From: Myxococcota bacterium
Lineage (GTDB): Bacteria; Myxococcota_A; Polyangia; Polyangiales; Houyiibacteriaceae
Direction: 5' to 3'
NCBI GenBank assembly: GCA_039030515.1
Contig: JBCCEA010000014.1
Span: forward strand, 32,338-96,337
DNA: 64,000 nt
Shown here: positions 62,015-64,000 of the stretch, piece after piece
Layout: each line of letters begins with the position of its first letter
How positions within the stretch are numbered: position 1 is the stretch's first letter
Position numbers and translations under genes: made by a program
Notes under the pieces: generated by a model
What the model saw: the letters and a program-made list of their open reading frames with translations, nothing else
What the model was told of the DNA's origin: nothing
The model's database searches: none

Positions 62015-63373
62015 TCAGGCAGTGCCAGAAAGTGACTCTAAAACGCCCTGGACCTCTGTCTGAATGTCGTCAAGCCTCGCTTCGTCTGCGGCTTCGAAGC
62101 GCATCACGAGGGCTGGTTGGGTATTGGAGGCTCGGACAAGGCCCCACCCCTGATCGAACAAGATCCTCGCTCCGTCGATATCGACCACCTGATGGCTCTT
62201 ACGGAAATGCGAGGTCAAGGCTTCGACGATCTTGAATTTCTCGTCATCGCCGCAAGGAATCCTTATCTCCGGTGTGGTTGCCGTCGCCGGCACATCCTCG
62301 AGTAGTTCATGTAGGGATTTTTCGCTCTTCGAGAGAATTTCGAGAAGACGCAGCGAGACGTAGATGGCGTCGTCAAAGCCGAAATAGCGATCCGCATAAA
62401 AGATATGGCCGCTCATCTCCCCTGCCAAAAGTGCGTTTTCTTCTTTCATCTTGGTCTTTATGAGGGAGTGTCCTGTTTTCCACAGGATCGGTCGACCACC
62501 ATGCTTGCTGATCTCGTCGTACAGGGTTTGAGAACACTTGACCTCTCCGAGGATGGCGGCGTTCGGATGATCGCGGAGCAGGGCTCTCGAAAGAAGGATC
62601 ATCAGCTTGTCTCCCCACACGATCGAACCCTTGGAATCGACCACCCCGATACGGTCTGCATCGCCATCGTAGGCGATACCGAAATCGAGCTCTCGGTGGG
62701 AGATCGTGTCACGCAGCAGTTCGAGATTTGCTGGATCGGTAGGATCGGGGTGATGTGCTGGAAAGCGACCGTCCATGTCGCAGAGGAGTCCAATCGGGTC
62801 TAGGCCGAGCGCCCGAAATGTGGCCAAAGCTGTAGGGCCTCCCGCCCCGTTGCCGGCATCGATCGCGAATCGGAGGTCTGTTCGCTGAAGAGAGATGTTG
62901 CCCTTCATAAAGCCGACATAGGCCGGTAGCACATTGCGTTCTCGAACGACGCCTCCTCCCGGGAGATCGAAATCGCTGGTTTCGATCATCTTGCGGAGTT
63001 CCAAAATGTCGTCTCCAAAGAGCGAGGCGCGACCACTCATCATCTTGAAACCGTTGTCGGGTGAAGGATTGTGACTCCCGGTAATCTGCACCCCGCCGTC
63101 GAGTTCGTAGTGAAAGACCGCAAAATACAAAAGGGGAGTCGGAACAATGCCGAGGTCGACGACATTGAGCCCGGTCGCCTGAATTCCCGAAATGAGTGAT
63201 CCGTGTAGTCTCGGCGAACTCAAACGACAGTCTCTGCCGACTGCGATGGTGCCGCGGTCTTTTCTTCGGTGAAAGGTTCCGATCGCTTTGCCGAGGTCAC
63301 GGACAAGGCTGGGCTCGAGGTCGCTGTCTGCCACGCCGCGGATGTCGTACTGCCGGAAGATGTTCTTGTTCAT
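62015..63373 (-). CDS. Phosphomannomutase/phosphoglucomutase (AlgC-like)
   Basis: IFRQYDIRG, ITGSHNP, DGDADR, GEMSGH, VRASNTQP. Confidence 0.95.
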   Translation of the reverse strand: MNKNIFRQYDIRGVADSDLEPSLVRDLGKAIGTFHRRKDRGTIAVGRDCRLSSPRLHGSLISGIQATGLNVVDLGIVPTPLLYFAVFHYELDGGVQITGSHNPSPDNGFKMMSGRASLFGDDILELRKMIETSDFDLPGGGVVRERNVLPAYVGFMKGNISLQRTDLRFAIDAGNGAGGPTALATFRALGLDPIGLLCDMDGRFPAHHPDPTDPANLELLRDTISHRELDFGIAYDGDADRIGVVDSKGSIVWGDKLMILLSRALLRDHPNAAILGEVKCSQTLYDEISKHGGRPILWKTGHSLIKTKMKEENALLAGEMSGHIFYADRYFGFDDAIYVSLRLLEILSKSEKSLHELLEDVPATATTPEIRIPCGDDEKFKIVEALTSHFRKSHQVVDIDGARILFDQGWGLVRASNTQPALVMRFEAADEARLDDIQTEVQGVLESLSGTA

Positions 63374-63378
63374 GACGT

Positions 63379-64000
63379 TCAGACTCCACCACCCGGACCA
63401 CTGTCGTGAGGCAGGCTGCCCCGGGGAGATCGCAAGTAAACAAAGGGGGTGCACGCGAGGAGGTTGGAAACGCGAGAAGTGTACATGTCTGCGTATCGTT
63501 CGATTTGACGAGCCAAATGACTCTTATCGTTACCGGCGCGCAAAAGCAGGCCCCAGCGCGGGTGGTGCAGGGTGCTTGCGGCCTGCACCAGGGGGGAGAT
63601 CGATGCATCGAGCTCTAGAAGTTCGAGACGCACGGCCTTCATCGCCTCCCGAAGTGCTTCGAGCGGGCTGTCTACCTGAGGCCCGTAGTCTTGCTCCTTG
63701 CGCTGCGCGGCGAGCCGAAGAGCGGAAAACCGATGCTCCAGCAGTTCTTTCGCCTCCATTTTTTCGGTGAGACTCGCCTGGTGAGGTTTGAAGCGTTCCA
63801 AGCACTCCAGCTCTTGCTCCAGTTCACGTACGATGAGGGCTGTTCGCCAGTGCAGCTGACTTTTGCTGGTCTTGACATCGGCAAAGATATGGTCGCCAAC
63901 GTAGAGAATTTGTTCCGCAGCGAGATCGAAGTGCGCTTCGATCGCTCGAGCGTGGCCACCCACGTAGGCGCCTCCCGTGACCAGCGGCCCCACCACCGGC
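63379..64000 (-). CDS. HAD-IG 5'-nucleotidase (cN-II family); 5' end beyond the window
   Basis: GG...ILYVGDHIFADV..SK..L.WRTALIVRELE.E, RYADMYTSRVSNLL, LPHD. Confidence 0.9.
   Translation of the reverse strand, partial: PVVGPLVTGGAYVGGHARAIEAHFDLAAEQILYVGDHIFADVKTSKSQLHWRTALIVRELEQELECLERFKPHQASLTEKMEAKELLEHRFSALRLAAQRKEQDYGPQVDSPLEALREAMKAVRLELLELDASISPLVQAASTLHHPRWGLLLRAGNDKSHLARQIERYADMYTSRVSNLLACTPFVYLRSPRGSLPHDSGPGGGV

Overview
Gene-dense bacterial chromosomal segment, roughly 58-60% GC by eye. Gene content points to Myxococcota, probably a Polyangiales/Sandaracinaceae-like organism (Cys-rich 'DPxHCGxC' repeats, OmpA/TSP3 protein, AgmX/TonB_C-like domains, FHA-GGDEF, LonD-like protease, specialised Hsp70). 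That taxonomy is inferred, not searched. About 52 CDSs; no rRNA, tRNA, CRISPR, IS or prophage recognised. Housekeeping genes: msrA/msrB, thiD, a parC-parE-like topoisomerase pair plus a separate gyrA, guaBA, rlmB, pyrF, a DEAD-box helicase, lon, pgi, pilT-like, hisBHAF, PMM/PGM and a 5'-nucleotidase. The strongest candidates for undescribed systems are: (1) an orphan ParA ATPase with two N-terminal TRASH/MYM-type zinc fingers, coupled to a small RHH-like protein; (2) an MlaF-MlaE-MlaE-MlaF-MlaD (MCE) transporter whose two ATPases carry complementary degenerate motifs, predicting an asymmetric heterodimer with one dead ATP site; (3) a pseudokinase-GYF-TM-TonB_C receptor next to a TonB_C-like lipoprotein; (4) a TraB-like OmpA/TSP3 protein coupled to a Cys-rich lipoprotein; (5) an Hsp70 with a 162-aa Pro-rich insertion and no lid, paired with a J-protein. 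Also noted: a degenerate GGDEF protein with an intact I-site and an unannotated 52-aa membrane peptide after a two-component system. All domain calls come from motif recognition by eye.
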